This document shows positions 32,057 to 42,630 of a DNA stretch of 42,630 nt, piece after piece; position 1 is the first letter of the stretch, and each line of letters starts with the position of its first letter. The notes under the pieces were generated by a model, which was not told the origin of the DNA, did not search any database, and saw nothing but the letters and a program-made list of their open reading frames with translations. The stretch comes from Octopus bimaculoides (lineage: Eukaryota), in contig NC_068981.1 of the NCBI RefSeq assembly GCF_001194135.2, positions 128,214,094 to 128,256,723 on the forward strand, given 5' to 3'. A program made the position numbers and the translations under genes.

Positions 32057-33257
32057 NNNNNNNNNNNNNNNNNNNNNNNNNNNNNNNNNNNNNNNNNNNN
32101 NNNNNNNNNNNNNNNNNNNNNNNNNNNNNNNNNNNNNNNNNNNNNNNNNNNNNNNNNNNNNNNNNNNNNNNNNNNNNNNNNNNNNNNNNNNNNNNNNNNN
32201 NNNNNNNNNNNNNNNNNNNNNNNNNNNNNNNNNNNNNNNNNNNNNNNNNNNNNNNNNNNNNNNNNNNNNNNNNNNNNNNNNNNNNNNNNNNNNNNNNNNN
32301 NNNNNNNNNNNNNNNNNNNNNNNNNNNNNNNNNNNNNNNNNNNNNNNNNNNNNNNNNNNNNNNNNNNNNNNNNNNNNNNNNNNNNNNNNNNNNNNNNNNN
32401 NNNNNNNNNNNNNNNNNNNNNNNNNNNNNNNNNNNNNNNNNNNNNNNNNNNNNNNNNNNNNNNNNNNNNNNNNNNNNNNNNNNNNNNNNNNNNNNNNNNN
32501 NNNNNNNNNNNNNNNNNNNNNNNNNNNNNNNNNNNNNNNNNNNNNNNNNNNNNNNNNNNNNNNNNNNNNNNNNNNNNNNNNNNNNNNNNNNNNNNNNNNN
32601 NNNNNNNNNNNNNNNNNNNNNNNNNNNNNNNNNNNNNNNNNNNNNNNNNNNNNNNNNNNNNNNNNNNNNNNNNNNNNNNNNNNNNNNNNNNNNNNNNNNN
32701 NNNNNNNNNNNNNNNNNNNNNNNNNNNNNNNNNNNNNNNNNNNNNNNNNNNNNNNNNNNNNNNNNNNNNNNNNNNNNNNNNNNNNNNNNNNNNNNNNNNN
32801 NNNNNNNNNNNNNNNNNNNNNNNNNNNNNNNNNNNNNNNNNNNNNNNNNNNNNNNNNNNNNNNNNNNNNNNNNNNNNNNNNNNNNNNNNNNNATATATAT
32901 ATATATATAGTTTTCCAGTCTTGTTTTTTGTCCGCCACTACATTCCTCCATGGCAAGGTTTAATTTGTGTATACAAATTTAATTTGCGGTCCATGGGAAG
33001 AGCCGTTTTAGCGATGCGTCCTGCCCGGTGTTAAAACGAGGGTAGCTGATGAAGAAGAATGTTCTCTATGTGACTTGTGTGTTTTCTCGTCTACGTTTTG
33101 TTTGCAATGTCCTGTACCCAGATATGCACATATACATACAGGTGGATGTCGGTATGCACATACCTGTACGTATATATGCATATACTCATTTACTATTTGT
33201 ATGTATATATACTACAAGGAGTCTTGCGTAGCTCTGCGTCGGCAAAACTTAGAAAAT

Positions 33258-33525
33258 TATAGAGAGGAGTGAAAGGTGTACAGTGAACTTGCTATGAGTA
33301 GAATATCCAACGTTTCGGATGCAATTCTTTGTCAGGGGTCAGAGAAAAAGAGAAGTTGAAGAATGACCAACAGAGTTTTACATCCTCTCAGCTTGAAAAA
33401 CTCACGAAGGATTGTCTTTCTTCAACTTCTCTTTTTTTCTACCCCCTGACGAAGGATTGCATCCGAAAGGTTGGATATTCTATTCCTCACGGCAAGTTCA
33501 CTGTACCCCTTTCACTTCTTTATAT
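33258..33525. mobile_element. Inverted pair of ~110-bp PLE-type terminal repeats, each with a hammerhead motif
   Basis: Arms at 33258-33367 (-) and 33414-33525 (+) are ~85% identical by eye, with a 46-bp spacer. Cores: CTGACAA-A-GAAT-TGC-ATCC-GAAACGTT-GG and CTGACGA-A-GGAT-TGC-ATCC-GAAAGGTT-GG. Confidence 0.75.
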
Positions 33526-34429
33526 NNNNNNNNNNNNNNNNNNNNNNNNNNNNNNNNNNNNNNNNNNNNNNNNNNNNNNNNNNNNNNNNNNNNNNNNNNN
33601 NNNNNNNNNNNNNNNNNNNNNNNNNNNNNNNNNNNNNNNNNNNNNNNNNNNNNNNNNNNNNNNNNNNNNNNNNNNNNNNNNNNNNNNNNNNNNNNNNNNN
33701 NNNNNNNNNNNNNNNNNNNNNNNNNNNNNNNNNNNNNNNNNNNNNNNNNNNNNNNNNNNNNNNNNNNNNNNNNNNNNNNNNNNNNNNNNNNNNNNNNNNN
33801 NNNNNNNNNNNNNNNNNNNNNNNNNNNNNNNNNNNNNNNNNNNNNNNNNNNNNNNNNNNNNNNNNNNNNNNNNNNNNNNNNNNNNNNNNNNNNNNNNNNN
33901 NNNNNNNNNNNNNNNNNNNNNNNNNNNNNNNNNNNNNNNNNNNNNNNNNNNNNNNNNNNNNNNNNNNNNNNNNNNNNNNNNNNNNNNNNNNNNNNNNNNN
34001 NNNNNNNNNNNNNNNNNNNNNNNNNNNNNNNNNNNNNNNNNNNNNNNNNNNNNNNNNNNNNNNNNNNNNNNNNNNNNNNNNNNNNNNNNNNNNNNNNNNN
34101 NNNNNNNNNNNNNNNNNNNNNNNNNNNNNNNNNNNNNNNNNNNNNNNNNNNNNNNNNNNNNNNNNNNNNNNNNNNNNNNNNNNNNNNNNNNNNNNNNNNN
34201 NNNNNNNNNNNNNNNNNNNNNNNNNNNNNNNNNNNNNNNNNNNNNNNNNNNNNNNNNNNNNNNNNNNNNNNNNNNNNNNNNNNNNNNNNNNNNNNNNNNN
34301 NNNNNNNNNNNNNNNNNNNNNNNNNNNNNNNNNNNNNNNNNNNNNNNNNNNNNNNNNNNNNNNNNNNNNNNNNNNNNNNNNNNNNNNNNNNNNNNNNNNN
34401 NNNNNNNNNNNNNNNNNNNNNNNNNNNNN

Positions 34430-34482
<53 letters not shown>

Positions 34483-34499
34483 ACTAACGGTAAATCCGT

Positions 34500-34975
34500 G
34501 TACATATAAGGCGGGGTAACCCGAGCATTTCCAGCTAATAAATTAAATAATTAATTGGTTCTGTATTTGGATAATATTCGCTTTAGGTCCGGGGTAAGAG
34601 GAAATATCGGATGCAGATGCAAATAGGAGCTGTTTTATTCGGGTAAATGTGGCAGTTATGAGGTGTAGACATCTATGGCTTCTGATGTGTTAGGTAGTTT
34701 AGCTTTAATAAATTACGCTATATTATACTCAATTATCCAAATGTACATAAAGGTTTATATTTATAAATTATAATTTAATCTACTGGATAGTGTTCCATAC
34801 TGTTATTACTCTGCTCAATTTGTAGGGCGCAATTTTATTGTTAAGTGCTGGTGTATATGATTAGCTAGTCATGCGTGTATTTTCTAAAATCCATTAAGGG
34901 AGGAGTTTCTATCCCTAATACATGAGCTAGGTTTATGTATAGTATTACTAGTAGGAGTATGGGGTAACATACCAT
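34500..34975 (-). mobile_element. Possible heavily decayed Neptune-type PLE endonuclease region
   Basis: The minus strand shows RDRNSSLNGF (cf. CR....CPLNG.C) and the same A/C-rich strand bias as 20850-22380. No long frame remains. Confidence 0.3.
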
Positions 34976-35534
34976 GACTTTCCGTCTTTATGCTGTGCTC
35001 TCTTCACGTTCCTTGCATGGCTCTTCTCCTCCACCTGATATAGTCCAATCAAGAGTTTTGATCGCACATCTGGTGTATAAGAGAATTTGACATCGCTGCC
35101 CTCAACTGTGTCTCATTTCGAGCTATTGGTTCGTCTGGTATCGTGGAGTGGAAAGTGTCGAGTTTTGTTTTGAAGACTTCTATATCCATGTCTTGCAGGT
35201 TTTTCAATTGTTTTGGCAGGGCATTAAAGAGCTGAGGTCCTCTGAAACCGAGGCTGTTGCAGTAACTTGTTCTTATGTGAGAGGCAGTGGACGGTACCCT
35301 TGGTACCATGCAGTGGCGACCTGTGCGGGCATTCGTGTAGTACTTGATGCCAAAGTTTGGTACCAGTCCTTCCAGTATTTTCCATTTGTAAATTATTACA
35401 TATCTCTCCCGCATGCGCTCCAGGGAGTAGAGACCTAGCGCCTTCAGTCGCTCCCTGTAGTTCATCTGCTGGACTGTGGCGATCTTTTTTGTATAGTGCC
35501 GCTGAATTGCCTCGAGTTCTGCTGTCCGTTTGAC
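34976..35534 (-). mobile_element. CR1/L2-group LINE 3' end with an uninterrupted ORF2 C-terminus (35049-35534) and short 3' UTR
   Basis: ELEAIQRHYTKKI....NYRERLKALGLYSLERMRERYVIIYKWKILEGLVPN...GPQLFNALPKQLKN...FKTKLDTF.STIPDEP...SNSLIHQ. The 5' part is lost in the gap. Confidence 0.88.
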
Positions 35535-36531
35535 NNNNNNNNNNNNNNNNNNNNNNNNNNNNNNNNNNNNNNNNNNNNNNNNNNNNNNNNNNNNNNNNNN
35601 NNNNNNNNNNNNNNNNNNNNNNNNNNNNNNNNNNNNNNNNNNNNNNNNNNNNNNNNNNNNNNNNNNNNNNNNNNNNNNNNNNNNNNNNNNNNNNNNNNNN
35701 NNNNNNNNNNNNNNNNNNNNNNNNNNNNNNNNNNNNNNNNNNNNNNNNNNNNNNNNNNNNNNNNNNNNNNNNNNNNNNNNNNNNNNNNNNNNNNNNNNNN
35801 NNNNNNNNNNNNNNNNNNNNNNNNNNNNNNNNNNNNNNNNNNNNNNNNNNNNNNNNNNNNNNNNNNNNNNNNNNNNNNNNNNNNNNNNNNNNNNNNNNNN
35901 NNNNNNNNNNNNNNNNNNNNNNNNNNNNNNNNNNNNNNNNNNNNNNNNNNNNNNNNNNNNNNNNNNNNNNNNNNNNNNNNNNNNNNNNNNNNNNNNNNNN
36001 NNNNNNNNNNNNNNNNNNNNNNNNNNNNNNNNNNNNNNNNNNNNNNNNNNNNNNNNNNNNNNNNNNNNNNNNNNNNNNNNNNNNNNNNNNNNNNNNNNNN
36101 NNNNNNNNNNNNNNNNNNNNNNNNNNNNNNNNNNNNNNNNNNNNNNNNNNNNNNNNNNNNNNNNNNNNNNNNNNNNNNNNNNNNNNNNNNNNNNNNNNNN
36201 NNNNNNNNNNNNNNNNNNNNNNNNNNNNNNNNNNNNNNNNNNNNNNNNNNNNNNNNNNNNNNNNNNNNNNNNNNNNNNNNNNNNNNNNNNNNNNNNNNNN
36301 NNNNNNNNNNNNNNNNNNNNNNNNNNNNNNNNNNNNNNNNNNNNNNNNNNNNNNNNNNNNNNNNNNNNNNNNNNNNNNNNNNNNNNNNNNNNNNNNNNNN
36401 NNNNNNNNNNNNNNNNNNNNNNNNNNNNNNNNNNNNNNNNNNNNNNNNNNNNNNNNNNNNNNNNNNNNNNNNNNNNNNNNNNNNNNNNNNNNNNNNNNNN
36501 NNNNNNNNNNNNNNNNNNNNNNNNNNNNNNN

Positions 36532-36645
36532 TATATGTATATATTTATGTATGTATGTATGTATGTATGTATGTATGCATGTATGTATGTATGTATGCAT
36601 GTATGTATGTATGTATGTATGTATGTATGTTTGTTTGTATGTATG
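36532..36645. repeat. (TATG)n microsatellite; another lies at 37448-37522
   Basis: Direct reading. Confidence 0.9.
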
Positions 36646-37889
36646 CATTTATAAATCATACCATATCACGTAAATTAGTTTTCGTGGATATCTACAAATT
36701 AACGTTTTTACACTTGAATAAATGAATATAAAACTAAAGCAAACTAGACATTTTTTTTAAAAAAAGAACAGAAAGAAGCACTGATATGTAGTAGATAGTT
36801 CTATTTAAAGAATCACTGGTATTTCAATGTATGAATTATGGCTTGTTCCATTATTCCACTTGCACAGCATAAATGATGAGACATTATATAACTTAGCAAG
36901 ACGTCTAATTGTAATATAACAAGATATAAAAAAAAATTATATTTTAAGTAGAAGAGCTGTTTGTGTCACGTTTCTTGTTGTATGCTTTACAAATTACTGT
37001 TGGTATTGTAACTCAGACGAAGCGGCAAATGTAGAACAAAGTGAATATGTAAGACTCCACTTAAAAGGGAAAGCTATTCCACTTCGTTAAACACAATTAT
37101 CGATATTAGAGGAGACATGTACACACGTCTTTATGAGTTCGGAGTTCATTCACTAATAATTTATATGAGGTTTTATATAGCAACAAAAAAGTTGTTTTTT
37201 TTATTGTAATAACAAAATGAAAGCATAGAATACTTTACAATAGATAATAAAGATTTGCCATAGCTAAAATTAAAACCTGGCCTACTTTATAAACCCTTCC
37301 CTATTAGTAAAGAAAGAACTGTCTCTATTGTGGATTCTGTTATTAGTAATTATTCCGTCCATCCTCAATCCTCTTTTCAACAGTTTTTTGTTCTCGTTGG
37401 AGCGCATATACTATGCATGTAAGCATGTCTGTCTGTCTGTCTGTCTGTATGTATGTATGTATGTACGTACGTATGTATGTATGTATGTATGTATGTATGT
37501 ATGCATGTATGTATGTATGTATGTTATCCTAAATATGAAACACGTTAATCATATCCAATTATTTTTCGCGGAATCTCGACAAGTATTTGGATTACTATGT
37601 TAATACCGTAGCTAGATATTTGACATGTAATGAGAAGGGAGGTGATTTGTTATCGTTGCGTTATCGTTTGCAAGGAATAACTTTAATGTATTGAATGTAT
37701 ATACGGAGTGATATCCATGTGTTTAACAAATACCTGTTTACTAGGGCTGCGGTATATTCTACTGCCAATATTTCGTACACAGCTGCAGTTGATATAAACG
37801 TTGATTTTATTAAAGAACTTGTGATGATTATTTTTCTCTCTCCCTCTTACTGACTATTCCTCTTTTTAACCCCTCTATGCTTTTCCTTT

Positions 37890-37925
37890 TCTTCTGATAA
37901 AGGATTAACATCCGAAACCTCAAGA
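37890..37925 (+). ncRNA. Degenerate minimal hammerhead motif
   Basis: TCTT-CTGATAA-A-GGAT-TAAC-ATCC-GAAAC-CTC-AAGA. Stems I and II pair, but core G8 has become A and G16.2 has become C. Confidence 0.45.
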
Positions 37926-38045
37926 CACTTTCTTTCCATTACAGCGTTAAATCAACACCATGTTTGTTAAACTTTCTCTCTCTTGTGTTGTACATGTATG
38001 TAGATATATATGTACATATACGAGTGTGTATATATATATGACTCT

Positions 38046-38046
<1 letters not shown>

Positions 38047-38124
<78 letters not shown>
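38047..38124. repeat. (TG)n microsatellite
   Basis: Direct reading. Confidence 0.95.
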
Positions 38125-38128
<4 letters not shown>

Positions 38129-38671
38129 CGCCTGTGTGCATATGTGTATGTATGTGTGTGTGTGTTATTTCATCTTACCCTAAGAAGCAATGAGCGGTAC
38201 CAGAATTTTCTATTCTGGTTAAATATAACAAACTACTCCGAATCCTGATAAGAATAACTGTGTAAGTGGAGTTTGGATCAATTAGGTTTTATTAATATCA
38301 TACCGTATAAGAAAGTCAAACCAAACAGTGATGTTTTGAAATCACTTAATATGTATGTCTCAGGACTGCGTACTATAAAATAGGAAATGCATCCACTGCG
38401 CATTATTACAAGTTGTATATATGTGTAACTAGATAAGTTTGCGCGTGTGTGTATGTGTGTGTGTGTGCGCGCGCGCGCGCGTATAACTGTCTCTAAATGT
38501 GACTATGGTGTTCGGAAACACCTACATTGCTAGAAAGAAGAGTTAAGCCGCTCTAATGTAGTTCTGCTGTTTACATAAATTTTATATATACACAGTAGCG
38601 AATCGCTAAATCATCCAATAATTTGGATGACGAAAACATAAATACTTATGGCGAAGCGAGTCCCAAAAGAT

Positions 38672-38750
38672 CCGAACAATCGAGTGGGCTTAACTGATGA
38701 GGCAACGGAAATTGCCGAAACAGCCGTCAGTATTAAGAATTCTCGGTCGG
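38672..38750 (+). ncRNA. Full-length type I hammerhead ribozyme
   Basis: Stem I CTTAA/TTAAG, core CTGATGA (38694-38700), stem II GGCAA-CGGAAA-TTGCC, GAAA (38717-38720), stem III AC-A-G(CCGT)C-A-GT, triplet GTA (38730-38732). Stem I extends through a 4x4 internal loop (TCGAG/CTCGG, then CCGA/TCGG). Confidence 0.75.
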
Positions 38751-39424
38751 TCCCTGTTAGTGTATATGTTTTCATTCATATATTAACAACATCATCAGAG
38801 CGGTTTTGCTCTTATTTCTAGCAATGTAGGTATTTCCAACACCTTAGTCACATTTAGTGACAATTATATTTCTCCTTTTTGGTGAAGCATTGCAACCTGC
38901 TGTTTATATTAATTATATATATANNNNNNNNNNNNNNNNNNNNNNNNNNNNNNNNNNNNNNNNNNNNNNNNNNNNNNNNNNNNNNNNNNNNNNNNNNNNN
39001 NNNNNNNNNNNNNNNNNNNNNNNNNNNNNNNNNNNNNNNNNNNNNNNNNNNNNNNNNNNNNNNNNNNNNNNNNNNNNNNNNNNNNNNNNNNNNNNNNNNN
39101 NNNNNNNNNNNNNNNNNNNNNNNNNNNNNNNNNNNNNNNNNNNNNNNNNNNNNNNNNNNNNNNNNNNNNNNNNNNNNNNNNNNNNNNNNNNNNNNNNNNN
39201 NNNNNNNNNNNNNNNNNNNNNNNNNNNNNNNNNNNNNNNNNNNNNNNNNNNNNNNNNNNNNNNNNNNNNNNNNNNNNNNNNNNNNNNNNNNNNNNNNNNN
39301 NNNNNNNNNNNNNNNNNNNNNNNNNNNNNNNNNNNNNNNNNNNNNNNNNNNNNNNNNNNNNNNNNNNNNNNNNNNNNNNNNNNNNNNNNNNNNNNNNNNN
39401 NNNNNNNNNNNNNNNNNNNNNNNN

Positions 39425-39489
<65 letters not shown>

Positions 39490-40029
39490 AGTTGGGAATG
39501 TTCACTGGCTGAATGTTCACCTTGAATCTAGGTTAGAAACTGGCTCTTTCTCTATTTGCAAGAAATTTTGAAATAAAACTGAACAATGACATACATACAT
39601 ACATACATACATGTGTTTATGTGTAAGCAAACCTCTTTTTTGTAGAAATGGGAATATAGTTGATTAAACTGACCGTACATACGCTATTAATGTCGAACGA
39701 ATGAAAGGTAACAATGAACCTGACTGACCGTAAAATAGTGAGTACTAAAGTAGGTTCAATAAAGCATCTTGTTCGACATTCCTACGTAATTCATCTAGTT
39801 ATTGCAAAGACTACATAGTAACTCGTTGATGTTTCAGTCCTGAAGGTAACGATACATGATCTTATTTACTGAATTAGAAACAATTCAGAGAAAACTGTTT
39901 TCTTAATAATAGTGTTGTATGATACGCTCAATCGAAATTATGTCAAATAGGAATTGATAGTGGTGCAGTAGTAATACACAGTTCCTTCAGTCATCTCTAT
40001 ATTCTTCAATTTTCTAAACCACTCGTACA

Positions 40030-40098
40030 TTTATTTATTTATTTATTTATGTATTTATTTATTCGTTGATTTATTTATTTTTGTTATTTATTTATTTT
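40030..40098. repeat. (TTTA)n tract forming the pyrimidine-rich region of the downstream acceptor
   Basis: Direct reading; it abuts TTTGCAG at 40096-40102. Confidence 0.85.
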
Positions 40099-40102
40099 GC
40101 AG

Positions 40103-40282
40103 TTTTCGAGAAGTCATGTGAAAGAAGCAGAAGAAACAGTTGGTCGAATTGTAGTGATTGTGTGTGACGGAGCTCAAGGATCGTGCGGTCGGCTGCTGGG
40201 GATCAGTGATGAATGCATACAACATTCTTGTAACACGTACGGCGCTATTGCTAGTCTGGAGAGAAACTGTGAGAGACAGGAG
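40103..40282 (+). CDS. Internal coding exon of a putative FAD/NAD(P)-binding monooxygenase/oxidoreductase-like gene
   Basis: Acceptor ttttgcAG, donor GAG|GTAAAT, 180 nt, phase 0/0, open frame: FSRSHVKEAEETVGRIVVIVCDGAQGSCGRLLGISDECIQHSCNTYGAIASLERNCERQE. IVVIVCDGA.GS..R.LGI fits the flavoprotein-hydroxylase DG motif. Confidence 0.8.
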
Positions 40283-40640
40283 GTAAATGAAATTATTGAT
40301 GTTGTGCTTTTTATGGCCCTTTCATGACATACACAACGACACAGAAAATGAGTACAGCATGTGTCTTTTCTTTCAAACATTCAATTCTGGAGAGAATTTT
40401 TTTATGAAATGCAATTCTGCATGAAAAAACATTAGTATAATATTTACAAATTAGAAATTCAAAAATAAATAAAGAAAAAGAAAATATATAGATATATATA
40501 CGCAAAGCTAGAACATCTCAATGCTACATATATATATATATATATATATACCTGAAATTTTGTAGAGATGCGCCACATTTGGAATAAATGATGCAAATTC
40601 TCCGCTATACCTTCAAACATTTAATTTTGGAGAGAATCCC

Positions 40641-40667
40641 TTGATGATGATGATGATGATGATGATG

Positions 40668-40722
<55 letters not shown>

Positions 40723-40728
40723 CGTGTG
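40641..40728. repeat. (GAT)n followed by (TG)n microsatellite
   Basis: Direct reading. Confidence 0.95.
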
Positions 40729-41767
40729 TTTAGGAACATCTCCATGTTTATACTGTGTAACTTTGATGTTTTGCATTTTGCATTGAAACACAAAATCACG
40801 CCTCTTTCAATTTCATGTTTTTTCATTAGAGAACATTATTATAACACTTACAAACTAGAAAAACACGCAAAGCTCAGAACATCTCAATGCCATACACATG
40901 CACGTGAATATTTACAGAGATGAACATTAAGTTTCCGATATTTCAGTTATATTTAGAATACAAAATGTACTGTCTCTGCTTTTCTTTCAAACTTTCAATT
41001 TTGAAGAGAATCTTTTGATGAAATGTAGTTCCATTGCTTTGGTGTATTGCGGATTTGTAAAAGGGAAAATTTTTGAATTTTCCGTCGCTACATATTCCCA
41101 GAATCTTACTAAATGGAATCTTGCGTAATTCCTCTCGTCAGATATGTTGCTTGTGGTTTCTTGCACGTTGGCAGCGGGAATTATTTGTTTCGCCAATGTA
41201 ATTTTCTTTGCAAAAGTCCCCCAAAAACAACTGTTTTATTTAAATGAACAAGCTGTCTGTACATTCACAAAATTTTACTTCACAAGTTCGAAAAACGAAC
41301 GAAAGCGCTAATAATAAAGAAGAAATAAACAGATTTTTTTCCAAAATTCTGTCGACTTTTTTCTCAAAATTCTATTTCTCTACATCACACCTAACACTCT
41401 ACACATATGTGTATATATATATATATTCCCGAGCGTTAAACTACTACGTCCTTTTGTTGTTTACACCACCTGTTCTCGTCTGTTGTTTTTTTCGTAAATT
41501 CTCNNNNNNNNNNNNNNNNNNNNNNNNNNNNNNNNNNNNNNNNNNNNNNNNNNNNNNNNNNNNNNNNNNNNNNNNNNNNNNNNNNNNNNNNNNNNNNNNN
41601 NNNNNNNNNNNNNNNNNNNNNNNNNNNNNNNNNNNNNNNNNNNNNNNNNNNNNNNNNNNNNNNNNNNNNNNNNNNNNNNNNNNNNNNNNNNNNNNNNNNN
41701 NNNNNNNNNNNNNNNNNNNNNNNNNNNAGAGAGATTTGTAATTTTTGGTTTTGTTTCTATTATTCAG

Positions 41768-41965
41768 TTTCCAATGGCAGAAAAGAGAATCCACCAATTA
41801 ATATTTGATCTCACTTCCTACGGAGTTGATTCTCTTGATGAGACCTACACTCCCGGTTTCAGTTTAAAACTCTTCGGCAGTAATAGGCACCGTTACATGA
41901 CTCTTGTGATACCGAAATGTGAGTCCAAGTGTGTGAAAGCTTTGCGCGTTATACTGGATCGTTCG
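41768..41965 (+). CDS. Next coding exon of the same gene
   Basis: Acceptor gtttctattattcAG, consensus donor TCG|GTAAGT, 198 nt, phase 0/0, open frame: FPMAEKRIHQLIFDLTSYGVDSLDETYTPGFSLKLFGSNRHRYMTLVIPKCESKCVKALRVILDRS. In phase with the preceding exon across a 1485-bp GT-AG intron. Confidence 0.8.
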
Positions 41966-42340
41966 GTAAGTAGTCACCATATATTCCCATGTACATTGAT
42001 GTTGTCACAACCGACTCAATAATTTACACACACACACACAAAAAAAAAGAAAATGCAGACCTGGACATTCCTTTTTTTTTTTTTCAGGCTACTGACATGA
42101 ACATTTTCCTTTAGATATTTTAGGATCATTTGTATGTTAGATACTTCGTGTAAAGAACCTAGTAGAGTAGAAATAGTTTTTATAAACCAAAGGGCTCCCC
42201 TAAAATAAGGATGATAACTTTGCACCATCAGAGACAGCACATTATAAAAGGAAATCATTGGGGATGATAGCAAACTGCCTTATCAGTTGGAAGAGTGATT
42301 TGAAAGCAGATATTACATCGTCACGTTATACGTACATACT

Positions 42341-42430
42341 TGGCAGAATCGTTAGCACGCCGAGCAATTTGCTTGACAGAATGTCGTCCTTTACGATCTG
42401 AGTTCAAATTCCGTCGAGATCGACTTTACC
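42341..42430 (+). mobile_element. SINE family B, 5' part
   Basis: tggcagaatcgttagcacgccg...gagttcaaattccgtcgagatcgactttacc, cut off by the family A copy. Confidence 0.75.
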
Positions 42431-42433
42431 TAT

Positions 42434-42595
42434 AGGTGCAGGACTGGCTGTGTGGTAAGTAGCTTGCTTACCAACCACATGGTTCCGAGTTCAGTCCCAC
42501 TGCGTGGCACCTTGGGCAAGTGTCTTCTACTATAGCCTCGGGCCGACCAAAGCCTTGTGAGTGGATTTGGTGGACGGAAGATGAAGGAGGCCTGT

Positions 42596-42630
<35 letters not shown>
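42434..42630 (+). mobile_element. SINE family A, young copy running off the window end
   Basis: A-box TGGCTGTGTGG, B-box GAGTTCAGTCCC, gcaccttgggcaagtgtcttctactatagcc, then the internal (TG)n. Confidence 0.9.

Noticed and set aside
30781-33075. CTGATGA boxes at 30782 and 33047 (others at 2887, 8077, 25668)
   Set aside because: None is followed by a stem II and GAAA box, so these are not hammerheads.
42088-42114. Strong acceptor (T-run + CAG at 42085-42087) as the next exon of the FAD-domain gene
   Set aside because: In the required phase 0 it reaches TAG after 8 codons (ATDMNIFL*). It is not supportable as an internal coding exon without transcript data.

Overview
This is eukaryotic, AT-rich, repeat-dense draft-assembly DNA with 10 N-gaps (~5.5 kb, ~13%), almost all abutting microsatellites. 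The tRNA-derived SINE families and microsatellite load resemble Octopus (coleoid cephalopod) genomes; that is inference from recalled resemblance, not a database match. No prokaryotic genes, rRNA or CRISPR array were seen. Most ORFs in the supplied track are microsatellite or N-gap artefacts. Host gene: two well-supported phase-0 coding exons on the + strand (40103-40282, 41768-41965) splice into a 126-aa peptide carrying the DG motif of FAD-dependent monooxygenase/oxidoreductase folds. A possible 11-nt microexon lies at 25454-25464. Mobile DNA: decayed Tc1/mariner pieces, CR1/L2-group LINE 3' ends, an R4/Dong-like LINE, many SINEs (provisional window-local labels A-E), a tRNA-iMet pseudogene and several Penelope-like elements (PLEs). 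The most striking layer, invisible in the ORF track, is a set of five hammerhead-ribozyme (HHR) motifs. One is a near-canonical full type I HHR at 38672-38750 on the gene's sense strand. One is a minimal HHR in a PLE 3' terminal repeat, downstream of a tRNA-Ser-derived Pol III promoter remnant. Two form an inverted pair, and one is degenerate. All alignments and folds were done by eye.
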